Below are positions 1-8,633 of a stretch of DNA of 20,000 nt, in pieces. Under the pieces are notes generated by a model. The model searched no databases. It was not told the DNA's origin and was given only the letters and a program-made list of their open reading frames with translations. The DNA comes from an uncultured virus (IMG/VR IMGVR_UViG_3300034073_003178). Taxonomy: Duplodnaviria; Heunggongvirae; Uroviricota; Caudoviricetes. The stretch is from positions 52,348 through 72,347 of the IMG/VR virus record IMGVR_UViG_3300034073_003178, one strand, 5' to 3'. A program made the translations under genes and the position numbers. Positions within the stretch are counted from its first letter, which is position 1. Each line of letters starts with the position of its first letter.

Positions 1-456
1 CAATCTCCATCCTTCTTTTGTTGGGTGAGGAATATCAAAGTTCTTCTTTGCGGATAATCTGTGAGCACCACAAAAAGCCCAAACATCTCCTTGAGATGCA
101 ACTAACACCCCTGCTCTTACGGAAAGACCAGCATTGACACTTAGATTAACATCTAAGTTATCAAAAATAGCTGCATCTCCTATTACCGCAAGAGAATATG
201 GAGAATTATTTATAGGAATACATGTTTGAAGAATTCCAGGAATAAATGGAAGAGGAGACTCGCTATTTGTTAGAGGAGCAATCATACATGTTGCCCAAAC
301 ATTTGGAAAAGTTACATGATTTCCAATAAGTGCTGGACCTTGTGTATATGAAGAACCTCGTATTCTTAATGGGCCTCTTCCCAAAATTTCAGGACCTACA
401 GGATCTTTTACATTAAAAAATTGACCTTTTACATAAATGTTATCAAAACTTGCCAT
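1..456 (-). CDS. Virion/tail-associated protein, C-terminally truncated by the window edge (not in the ORF track)
   Basis: Manual translation from ATG at 456 is open to base 1: MASFDNIYVKGQFFNVKDPVGPEILGRGPLRIRGSSY...GDVWAFCGAHRLSAKKNFDIPHPTKEGWRL. The K-x-F-D-I-P-H-P-T-K-E-G-W-R-L motif resembles the start of the C-terminal domain of cyanophage tail fibre/spike proteins. It begins 11 bp after the upstream gene on the same strand. Confidence 0.75.
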   Translation of the reverse strand, partial: MASFDNIYVKGQFFNVKDPVGPEILGRGPLRIRGSSYTQGPALIGNHVTFPNVWATCMIAPLTNSESPLPFIPGILQTCIPINNSPYSLAVIGDAAIFDNLDVNLSVNAGLSVRAGVLVASQGDVWAFCGAHRLSAKKNFDIPHPTKEGWRL

Positions 457-467
457 AAATATTCTCT

Positions 468-1061
468 CTATGCGATTAAATTAAAGAAACCTAATAATGC
501 TCTTTGCCAAAACTGCCCATTTCCAATATCAAAATCAATTGGAGGTTTAATTGCACTCATAGAAGTTACATTTTGCATCTCTCCAGCATACATTCTCATT
601 ATATTTGTAGCAGTCATTTGCATTGAACCATTTGTATACAAACTTGTGGATTGTTTTCCATTAAGTTCTATTTGTTTAGCCTCCATATTTAGTTCTTGGG
701 AAGCAACTAAATTTATGTTACCATTATTATTATCAGGGCCATATGCAATTATATCAATATTTTCTGCCTCCATTCGGATTCTACCACGAGTGGTAATTAC
801 TATATCACCACTTGCAGAATCTAACCAAAATGCAGGTTGACCTTTTTGAACATTATCACCACATTTAATTTGATATCTTCCCCTACATCTATTTGTAATC
901 CATCCAGGCCTTGGATCAGTTTGATCTATAGTAATATATTCAAGACCACCTTGCCCTTGAAGAAGAATTGATGATTTAACTTGATCTAAATGAATGTGAC
1001 CAAATCTTAAGGCACCATCTTTAGTTCTTATATCTTTAGTTTCATAATTTTTTGATGTCAT
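468..1061 (-). CDS. Conserved phage protein, probable gp5-C-like beta-helical spike segment
   Basis: 197 aa ORF directly downstream of gp5. Periodic short beta-strand pattern (DIVITTRGRIRMEAENIDIIA...NINLVASQELNMEAKQIELNGK...SLYTNGSMQMTATNIMRM) resembles gp5/VgrG triple beta-helix repeats. The function is inferred. Confidence 0.55.
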   Translation of the reverse strand: MTSKNYETKDIRTKDGALRFGHIHLDQVKSSILLQGQGGLEYITIDQTDPRPGWITNRCRGRYQIKCGDNVQKGQPAFWLDSASGDIVITTRGRIRMEAENIDIIAYGPDNNNGNINLVASQELNMEAKQIELNGKQSTSLYTNGSMQMTATNIMRMYAGEMQNVTSMSAIKPPIDFDIGNGQFWQRALLGFFNLIA

Positions 1062-1070
1062 TTTTTATAA

Positions 1071-3998
1071 TTACCTCCTACATTTTATACAACCAGTACA
1101 ATCAACTACATTAATAACCTTTGAATCCTTTGGAACATCAAATTCTCCATTTTCACATATTCTCTTAACTGTGATTATTGGTACAAGTAAAGCATTGAAT
1201 CCAGTAGGAGAATTTGTTTTAATTTCCGGAATGTCGTCAAAACCGCAACCACCACTTAAGACTTTAACTTCTGTAATTTGACCAAATTCATTAATTATTG
1301 GTTTTACTACCATACCATTACTAGGAGTAATAACAATCTCATCTTCAGGTCTATATGCAAATCCTGTTTGAATAACTTGTATTTCTTCTACGCATAACAC
1401 TGCTTTGTAACATAATCTTTCTTGATCTTGAATAGTTTGATCATTTTGTGCATTTTGGTTTACTATAGCAAAATCATCAACAACAGGTATATTTATTGGA
1501 TTTACTGGGAGAAGCGGAAGTTCTATAATTCGGGTATCCTCAGATTCTGGATCAGATAGATTTTCATTTGGAATAGTAGTACCAGAACCAGTAGTAGTTC
1601 CAATACCAGGGCCACCTGGAGTAGTAGTTCCGATACCAGCAGTAGTAGTGGTTCCAATACCAGCGGCAGCAGTGGTTCCAATTCCTGTTTGATTTATATC
1701 AAGAACTATAATTGTACCTTCAGCAATGTTTAAACCCTCAACTGAAGATCCACCTTTTACAATATTATTTGGAATAGTATTTAAAGATAAAGTATCGTTA
1801 TTAATAAATCCATAATATTTTCTAGATCTTCCTTGTGTGTTAGTTATAGTTATTTTAGCAGGACAATTTTTTGATGATACATTTTGAGGTATATTTACTT
1901 TATATTTTGTGTATTTTACGGAAAGAGTTTCTGGTTTACCATTTGGGGGATAATAAGTTTCTCCAGGATTTAGTTCTACTGGTTTATTGATTCTGACAAC
2001 TTTAAATTCCCCATTGCAACTCCTAATATAACCCTCATCTGGTTCCTTCCAAACAAATCCATCTCCTCCCATACTACCATTGGGTTTTTGTAAATAACCC
2101 GTACCAGGAGATTTTACCAAAATATTTTTTATTTTGAGTTTTCCAGGATTATTTTCATCAGGTTCCATTATAGCTTCAAATGCTCCACCAGATCCATTTC
2201 CACAAGGATCCTCAAGAGTAACGATTGGCGCAGATGTATACGATCCTGGATTTACAATATCAAAACCAATAATTGATGAACTATTACTAACTATTGGATT
2301 TGCTTGTCCTCCAGAACCATTTCCCCCAAAGAAATTAACTTTAGGAGGACCACAAAAAACAGGTTCAACATTACAATTAATTCTAGAACCACTTCCTGTT
2401 GTTCCTCCTCTATTTGCTTGATTAAGACTATTAAGAATTCCTGAAGAAAAATTTCCTATTGCTATTGCTGGTTTAGCTGGTCCTGCTAAATCTATCTGAT
2501 CGTAACCTGGACATTGTTGCTGCTCATCACATTTGAAAAAATTCAAAATTCCACTTAATAAAGAAAATGCACTTGCAACTAAACCTGCAATATTTCCAAT
2601 AGTACCCAAAACTGATGATAGTGCAGAACTTATTTGTCCGAGAATAGGGTTTAAAAAGTCAGAGATAAGTTGCTGAACCGCACAAATTGGACCACTAACT
2701 AAATTTGCTAACAAGTCAGTAAGAAGTTTTACAAATGTTGGTACGAGAGCTTGCATTATATTTCTAAACAAGCAAGAAAGAATTTCAAGCGCCTCAGAAA
2801 CTATATTATTATAAGTTGGAATTTCGCTAGGAAAAAGATTTGGTATTACCCTCTTTTGCAATTCTTCTGTTATTAAAATTTGCAATTCTTCTAATACACG
2901 AGTTAATATATTAATCATGTATGAAGATGCAAATTGAGCAGCTGTTTGAATTAAACTTGAAGTTTGAGATTGAATTGAACTTGCCGCTACAGATACTTCT
3001 CCTGCTATTTTTGCTATATTATTAGAATCTTTAATTAAATTATTAAGAACTTTTGCAATTCCTTGAACATCAGAATCAACTTTCTTACATGCATTTCTTA
3101 GAGGTCTTTGTACTCTTTTATCTTGATCCTGAATATCCCATGCTAATGTCTTTAAATGAAGTCCTTCTGTAATTTGAAGAGGAATATTATAAACATTTAA
3201 GTTATCTGGAACATATGCTGGCGCTTTATTTGAGTCACTAAAAGTGTCATTAAATTGTTGATAACCTTGATTGCAGAGAAATGGAACTGGTGAAGATGCT
3301 CCAGGAAGTCTTGATGCTTTTACTGTAGCAATTAATACTTGTCTTTCAATTTCTGGTAAGGGAAGACCTTTTAATTTTGCTTCAGATCTTGCCTTTGAAG
3401 CTGCAGAAAATTCTTCTCTACTTGGAGTTCTTGCTGGATTGAGAAGTTTTTTTAATTGATCTGAACTTAATTGATCTACATTTGGTGGCAATGGTAAATT
3501 AGCCAGACTGCCTGGGCCAATAGATGGAGCAGGAGGATTTGAAAGTATAGGTCCAGATAAAGAAGGTGCTACTGCAGTTTGGTTTGGTGCAGCTGCTCCT
3601 CTTACCTTTGGTACATTATTATTTGAATTGCCAAGAACTCCTACAATATATCCTTCTTGACCCGCCATTCCATCCATGAAGAATCCAAATACTACGGATC
3701 CAGATTCTATAGATGGAGTTACTGATGCACCACCATGACCAGATCCTGCAGTAACGGGCATAATGACTTGACAAAAAGCCATTTGATCTGGAGGAAGTGT
3801 AGCTAAATCTCCAGTATGCCAATTAAAAACTCTTACTTTATAGCGATACCCCCACCCTTCAATTCCGGCAATATTAGTAAATGTTTGTGCTTCTATATTA
3901 TCTTGCCAAGTCTCTTTAGATTCTACTCTCCCTAACCACCAGGGAGGACTCATAAAAGTACCGGATTCAAACAATCCACCAGTTAATTGATCAGACAT
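1071..3998 (-). CDS. gp5: Baseplate hub/central spike protein, T4 gp5-like (N-terminal OB-fold)
   Basis: N-terminal WWLGRVE...GYRYKVRVFNWH...LPPDQMAFCQVIMPVTAGSG...GSVVFGFFMDGMAGQEGYIVGVL matches the gp5 OB-fold pattern. Gly-rich cyanophage structural repeats follow (GSGGQANPIV...IVNPGSYTSAPIVTL; IQVIQTGFAY; VKVLSGGCGFDDIP). Located in the baseplate cluster. Confidence 0.85.
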   Translation of the reverse strand: MSDQLTGGLFESGTFMSPPWWLGRVESKETWQDNIEAQTFTNIAGIEGWGYRYKVRVFNWHTGDLATLPPDQMAFCQVIMPVTAGSGHGGASVTPSIESGSVVFGFFMDGMAGQEGYIVGVLGNSNNNVPKVRGAAAPNQTAVAPSLSGPILSNPPAPSIGPGSLANLPLPPNVDQLSSDQLKKLLNPARTPSREEFSAASKARSEAKLKGLPLPEIERQVLIATVKASRLPGASSPVPFLCNQGYQQFNDTFSDSNKAPAYVPDNLNVYNIPLQITEGLHLKTLAWDIQDQDKRVQRPLRNACKKVDSDVQGIAKVLNNLIKDSNNIAKIAGEVSVAASSIQSQTSSLIQTAAQFASSYMINILTRVLEELQILITEELQKRVIPNLFPSEIPTYNNIVSEALEILSCLFRNIMQALVPTFVKLLTDLLANLVSGPICAVQQLISDFLNPILGQISSALSSVLGTIGNIAGLVASAFSLLSGILNFFKCDEQQQCPGYDQIDLAGPAKPAIAIGNFSSGILNSLNQANRGGTTGSGSRINCNVEPVFCGPPKVNFFGGNGSGGQANPIVSNSSSIIGFDIVNPGSYTSAPIVTLEDPCGNGSGGAFEAIMEPDENNPGKLKIKNILVKSPGTGYLQKPNGSMGGDGFVWKEPDEGYIRSCNGEFKVVRINKPVELNPGETYYPPNGKPETLSVKYTKYKVNIPQNVSSKNCPAKITITNTQGRSRKYYGFINNDTLSLNTIPNNIVKGGSSVEGLNIAEGTIIVLDINQTGIGTTAAAGIGTTTTAGIGTTTPGGPGIGTTTGSGTTIPNENLSDPESEDTRIIELPLLPVNPINIPVVDDFAIVNQNAQNDQTIQDQERLCYKAVLCVEEIQVIQTGFAYRPEDEIVITPSNGMVVKPIINEFGQITEVKVLSGGCGFDDIPEIKTNSPTGFNALLVPIITVKRICENGEFDVPKDSKVINVVDCTGCIKCRR
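1590..1686 (-). repeat. Imperfect ~24-bp coding tandem repeat encoding four GIGTT units within gp5
   Basis: Translation GIGTTAAA-GIGTTTTA-GIGTTTPGGP-GIGTTTG; DNA units of the type gtagtagttccaataccag. Confidence 0.85.
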
Positions 3999-4000
3999 AA

Positions 4001-4216
4001 TTAATCATCATACATTCTACACTCTAGGGCATCTGGATGTGAATCACAGTAAAGTTCCAAAGCAGTTGGATCATGATTATCATTTGGATGATTTTCCTGA
4101 TATCTTTCAAGATCATGCAATTCACCTTCCAAGTGACGACGACGCTGACCACTGATAGTAGGACTATCTAATTCATTATAATCATCATTAATATGTTGTT
4201 GAAGTGTCCTGTCCAT
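4001..4216 (-). CDS. cp12: CP12 Calvin-cycle inhibitor (cyanophage auxiliary metabolic gene)
   Basis: 71 aa acidic protein ending DPTALELYCDSHPDALECRMYDD, the CP12 C-terminal Cys pair motif (C-x8-C-x2-YDD). The QRRRHLEGELHDLE core resembles the cyanophage-type CP12 that lacks the N-terminal Cys pair and AWD_VEEL motif. Confidence 0.92.
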   Translation of the reverse strand: MDRTLQQHINDDYNELDSPTISGQRRRHLEGELHDLERYQENHPNDNHDPTALELYCDSHPDALECRMYDD

Positions 4217-4238
4217 ATACGAACAAAAATATTGTTAA

Positions 4239-5540
4239 TTATTTAGGTTTTCTTCCGTAAGAATCTCTTACAAGTTCTAAAGAAGTAATAGTTTCTTTAG
4301 GATCTCTATTTATATGATGACATAAAGCTGAAATCATATATAATCCACTTAATCTAGTATTTGGTATTGGTGTTTTCTTTGAAGATATTTCTTGAAAATC
4401 GCAATAAATTAAGTCTCCAGCCTGTAATGAAAAATCTCCAGCGATTTTAATTTTTAATGTGACTTTAAAAACTTGATTGTATCTTGAATTTGATTGCGCT
4501 GTTATTTTTTCTTTTTCTATTACAGGTTCTTTTGATTGACCAATAGGAAACATACTTCCAATATTCATGTTAGTCTGAAAAATTCTAGTATATGGAACAT
4601 TGGTAAACATTTGATTAATGTCACTTCCATAATCTACACCTAAAGACTTAACTACACCAGCTTGATCAAACCAACTTAAATTATTACAAATATAAGAACT
4701 TTCAAATGGATTAAAAAGATCTGTAGTTGAACTATATGCACCTATCTTAAGTTGCTCCTTTAAATCTCCATTATCAGTATCATCATATTCTAAAATTTTT
4801 CCATCATATCCAACAGGAATTTCTATAGACGCTGTATTATTATAAATTAATCTTTTATATAATTTGCTATCAAATAAGGTATCTATAGACTTATACTTAA
4901 ATCCTGTTCTGGTTTCAAAAAAGAAATATCCTGCAGTTTTTCCATAAGCACCTCCAATATTAGGAACAGATTGTTTTGCCAACCAAGTAATTACCCAAAA
5001 TGGTTTTTTGTTTGTTCCTATGAATGAAAAAAGATTTTGTGTAGGTTCAACATCTATTGCTTTTTTAGTTTTTAATACAGTTTGAAATATCGCTGATACT
5101 GAGTCTGATATTGGGCCATCATATCTTTGAAGCACTCTTGATGATTCATTTGTCAAATATTCTTCAGAAACTAAGTCCATAATATATGGAGCAGCCTTTG
5201 CAGTTTCTGGTAATTTATAGTTATGATTCAATCTCAAACATCTATCATCTGATGCAAAAGATATTTTTTGTTCTAATCCATCTTCAAATTCAAAAAAAAC
5301 TTTTTCTCCTGCTCCAGATTTTATCTTATCTGCAAAATTGATTTTTGCTCCAGCACCATCATCAGCATCAAATCCAGTTGTTACGACTGCAATTTGAACA
5401 TTAATTGTTGGAGACAAAACATTTTCATAATAATAGATTTCAGTTATACCTCTGAGCAATGAAATGGATTCGCCTCCATCATTTGGAAATATATCAAGTT
5501 TTGTAATATTATTATTACTTCTTTTAATTCTTTCTAACAT
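4239..5540 (-). CDS. Baseplate hub protein (gp27/Mu gp44/VgrG-N-like)
   Basis: 433 aa with motifs IYYYENVLSPTI, KPFWVITWLAKQS, GYFFFETRTGFKYKSIDTL and IAGDFSLQAGDLI...SGLYMISALCH...LELVRDS typical of contractile-tail hub proteins. Lies between the tape-measure-like genes and gp5. Confidence 0.7.
   Translation of the reverse strand: MLERIKRSNNNITKLDIFPNDGGESISLLRGITEIYYYENVLSPTINVQIAVVTTGFDADDGAGAKINFADKIKSGAGEKVFFEFEDGLEQKISFASDDRCLRLNHNYKLPETAKAAPYIMDLVSEEYLTNESSRVLQRYDGPISDSVSAIFQTVLKTKKAIDVEPTQNLFSFIGTNKKPFWVITWLAKQSVPNIGGAYGKTAGYFFFETRTGFKYKSIDTLFDSKLYKRLIYNNTASIEIPVGYDGKILEYDDTDNGDLKEQLKIGAYSSTTDLFNPFESSYICNNLSWFDQAGVVKSLGVDYGSDINQMFTNVPYTRIFQTNMNIGSMFPIGQSKEPVIEKEKITAQSNSRYNQVFKVTLKIKIAGDFSLQAGDLIYCDFQEISSKKTPIPNTRLSGLYMISALCHHINRDPKETITSLELVRDSYGRKPK
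4240..4247 (-). promoter_or_regulatory. Possible variant late promoter (CCTAAATA) upstream of cp12
   Basis: Reverse complement of tatttagg, overlapping the stop codon of the hub gene and 23 bp upstream of the cp12 ATG. Matches the TAAATA core only. Confidence 0.4.
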
Positions 5541-5543
5541 TTT

Positions 5544-8500
5544 TTAAACATAGTCCCAAATGTAAGATAATCCATCTTCTTTGGAAGAAGACATTAAAAT
5601 AGTTTCTTTATTTACTATGTATGTATTATTTGTAGATGGTTCATCAACAAATACATTCACAAAAGTTGTACGAGGTCTTTGATCTTCATAATCAAGCATA
5701 CTCATAATTGTATCTATATTACTTTTTAGTTGACTTTTACTTTCTATTTGATTGATCAATTTTATAAATTCAAACCCAAAAGCATCAACTGAATCTTTAT
5801 CAATTACATATTCTCCATCGTGAGTTTTAATGAGTTGTGATTCATTTTCGGTAATATATCTTCCATGGAATGCATAAAAATCAGGAGCACCTGAATTCAA
5901 TACTAATTTTTGTTGTGGAGCAAGAGTTCCATCCGGTTTATATCTACCATGCCCGACAAAAGCATTTGTTCCAACAATATCAGCAGATACACCATATCCA
6001 TCTGTTGCGCTATATTTCATATTTTTAAGAGCCAAAGGAAAAGCAACTTTATTTCCAGCACCAGTTCCGCCAATTTGAAGATCTAGTTCTGTTTGTCTAT
6101 GTGCTGCTTGACCTCTTGCAATATATCCTTTTATTTGTTGATCATTTGCTCCTGTAGGGATAGTTTCTCCAGATCTACCAACATAAATTGACTTTTTTCC
6201 TAAGAAATGTTTAACTACATTTAATCCTGCAGTTGCAACACCAGAACCATCTCCAGGATTGTTTGTACCAATATGAAAATGAACACCTCCAGATCTTCCA
6301 GAATTACCTTGAATAAATTTACCATCTCCAGGTGAAATTGCTCCTTCAGAAACTTTAGTTGATTCTAATCTTTCTTTAAGTTCTCCATATCCAGCAGGAG
6401 AACCTTGAAGACCTAATTCTTTATCTCCACTTGCATCATGTCCTCCATAAAAATAAGCACCATATTGACCTGCAAGTTGTTGAAGTTTTGAATTAACTTG
6501 ACCTCCACCTTTACTAAAATCCCACTGCTTTCCTACACCAAGTAATCTAACTCTTGCCCCCATTGATTGAAGATACTTTAATTGCTCTTCAACTGTTGAC
6601 CAATCATCTTTTGAATGTGCAATACCAGTTGATAAATCAACCAGTTTTCCTTTAAGAGCATCACCTTTTGATTTAAGAATTGCTAAGACTTCTGCGGGTT
6701 TTCTTCCTTTCTTAGTGTCACCAGTATCAGAACCATCTCCAGTTCTTCCTGCAAATCCATGAGCGATATTATCACCAATTACAAAATCTGCTTGACCTTG
6801 GAACTGTGCATTTGGATCAGTTTGTTGTGTTGCACCTCCTCCCCCAGGAGGAGCTGGACTTGGGCCACCACTACCAGAAACTGGTTTTAATAATAATTGT
6901 TTCATTAAATCATTAATAATTTGATTAATTCTTGGATTAACTGTATTTTGAATATTAATTGCTAACCAATTTCTTAAATCTTGATTTGTAGATTCATCTG
7001 TTACTAAACCACCATTTGCATATCCAAAGGTCAATTTATCCAAAATATAATTAATCCAGGAATTTAATCCAGCAGAAACATTCATGTAATCAATTGGAGA
7101 TGGTTTATCCCCAAAAATAGTTTTAGTAACTAAACCAAACAAAGAACCAAGATAAGAAATTTTACTTAAAGTTTGATGTGACGATTTTAAATAACTGTAT
7201 GGTTTAACTTCATTCTTACCAGTATTATTTGGATAATAAGTTTCAATTAATGTTTTTGATGGATCAGATTCAGATTTAATGTTTCCAGATACACTTCTTC
7301 CAGGTTGTAATGAAGTTGGTTGTGGGGTTATAGTTCTTGTTACCTTTTTTACCTTTAGTTTTCTTTCGGGTTCAGATGAAATATATTTTCCACCTCTAGT
7401 TGTTGCTCCACCTCCTGCATATTTTTCAATTTTTTCAGATGATTGAGTTGGTGTTTTACTAGATTTATTTTCAAAAAACAAATCATATAATGCTCCACCA
7501 GCCCAATCTCCAAGTGCAGCTCCTGCTATTCCTCCAATGATATTTCCAGCAACTGGTATTACAGAACCAACAGCAGTTCCAATTGCACCAAGAAGACCAG
7601 CACCAATTGCCTTAAATGCGGCCCTACCAATAGATTCTCCAAGAGCAATTGACAATCCAAAGTCAAGTAATGCTCCAATAATTGGAAGTCGTTTTGTAAA
7701 AGGACGAACAAATTTAAGAACTTGCTTTGCTCCACCTTTTCCTAGAACTCCAGTAAATGCACTACGAGCACCTCTTTGAAGTGCTCCTCTTTGCATTCCT
7801 CCTGGTAATCTCTTTAAACCTTCTTGACCAAATCTTTGAACAAATGCATCTCTTCCATATCTTTGGAAGTATCGTTTTAATACATCATTTTGTGGTTTTT
7901 TTATTCCCTTATCTAATCCTCCTTTTCTTAAATCAATATCTGGTTTACCTTTACCAAAACCACCTATAATACTATCACCAGTGTCAGCAATTAACATTGC
8001 TGCGATTAATGAATAGTTGATTATATCATTAAACTTATTTGAAAAATCATCAAATGCCTTTGCACCACTTTCACCAAAAACATTAGATACAAATGTTCTA
8101 CTTGCATCTACTGCTTTATATCCCCAATCAATAAAAGTAACTAATCCATCTAAAAGTTTTCCTCCCCAATCAATAATAAAATCCATTACTCCATTGATTA
8201 TTGGAATCAACTTAGCAAGTTGAGGAAGTTGATCTATCAATCTAACAGCAATAAACCCTAATATTACATTTGATATAAAATTTTTAATCCAATCAAACAA
8301 TCCTAATTTAGGTGTGGGTAATTTTGGCAGTTTAACTCCAGATGGTTTTTTGACTTTTTTCTCTAACTCATTTTCTTTATCTTCACGAGTCTTTTTTTCT
8401 TGATTCCTTGATCTTATTTTAAATTTATTTCTTTCAATTAAAAGAAAGTCTTTTAATAATTTGTCAATTGTAATAACTTTTTTTTCAATAGTAATTAAAC

Positions 8501-8627
8501 GATTGTCAATTTTAACTTTATTTGGATTGTTTAGTTTTTCTTTTGGGGATTCAAATATTTTACTGACAGTAAGAGAAGATGATCTAGATGGAGGTAATGC
8601 TAGAAGTTTGCTGCTATTAATTGCCAT
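5544..8627 (-). CDS. Tape-measure/gp29-like tail protein, paralog A, with degenerate SGNH-like and M23-peptidase-like domains
   Basis: Lys/Glu coiled-coil N-terminus, amphipathic helices, Gly/Ala hydrophobic stretch, and C-terminal HDGEYVIDKDSVDAFG motif shared with paralogs. FVIGDNIAHG...VDLSTG (SGNH-like) and GNSGRSGGVHFHIG (M23 HxH motif). Confidence 0.65.
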   Translation of the reverse strand: MAINSSKLLALPPSRSSSLTVSKIFESPKEKLNNPNKVKIDNRLITIEKKVITIDKLLKDFLLIERNKFKIRSRNQEKKTREDKENELEKKVKKPSGVKLPKLPTPKLGLFDWIKNFISNVILGFIAVRLIDQLPQLAKLIPIINGVMDFIIDWGGKLLDGLVTFIDWGYKAVDASRTFVSNVFGESGAKAFDDFSNKFNDIINYSLIAAMLIADTGDSIIGGFGKGKPDIDLRKGGLDKGIKKPQNDVLKRYFQRYGRDAFVQRFGQEGLKRLPGGMQRGALQRGARSAFTGVLGKGGAKQVLKFVRPFTKRLPIIGALLDFGLSIALGESIGRAAFKAIGAGLLGAIGTAVGSVIPVAGNIIGGIAGAALGDWAGGALYDLFFENKSSKTPTQSSEKIEKYAGGGATTRGGKYISSEPERKLKVKKVTRTITPQPTSLQPGRSVSGNIKSESDPSKTLIETYYPNNTGKNEVKPYSYLKSSHQTLSKISYLGSLFGLVTKTIFGDKPSPIDYMNVSAGLNSWINYILDKLTFGYANGGLVTDESTNQDLRNWLAINIQNTVNPRINQIINDLMKQLLLKPVSGSGGPSPAPPGGGGATQQTDPNAQFQGQADFVIGDNIAHGFAGRTGDGSDTGDTKKGRKPAEVLAILKSKGDALKGKLVDLSTGIAHSKDDWSTVEEQLKYLQSMGARVRLLGVGKQWDFSKGGGQVNSKLQQLAGQYGAYFYGGHDASGDKELGLQGSPAGYGELKERLESTKVSEGAISPGDGKFIQGNSGRSGGVHFHIGTNNPGDGSGVATAGLNVVKHFLGKKSIYVGRSGETIPTGANDQQIKGYIARGQAAHRQTELDLQIGGTGAGNKVAFPLALKNMKYSATDGYGVSADIVGTNAFVGHGRYKPDGTLAPQQKLVLNSGAPDFYAFHGRYITENESQLIKTHDGEYVIDKDSVDAFGFEFIKLINQIESKSQLKSNIDTIMSMLDYEDQRPRTTFVNVFVDEPSTNNTYIVNKETILMSSSKEDGLSYIWDYV
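8118..8220. repeat. 103-bp direct repeat, copy 1 (partner at 11472..11574)
   Basis: Manual alignment gives 99/103 identity between the two copies, encoding LAKLIPIINGVMD(F/G)IIDWGGKLLDGLVTFIDWGY. Confidence 0.95.
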
Positions 8628-8633
8628 TTTCTT

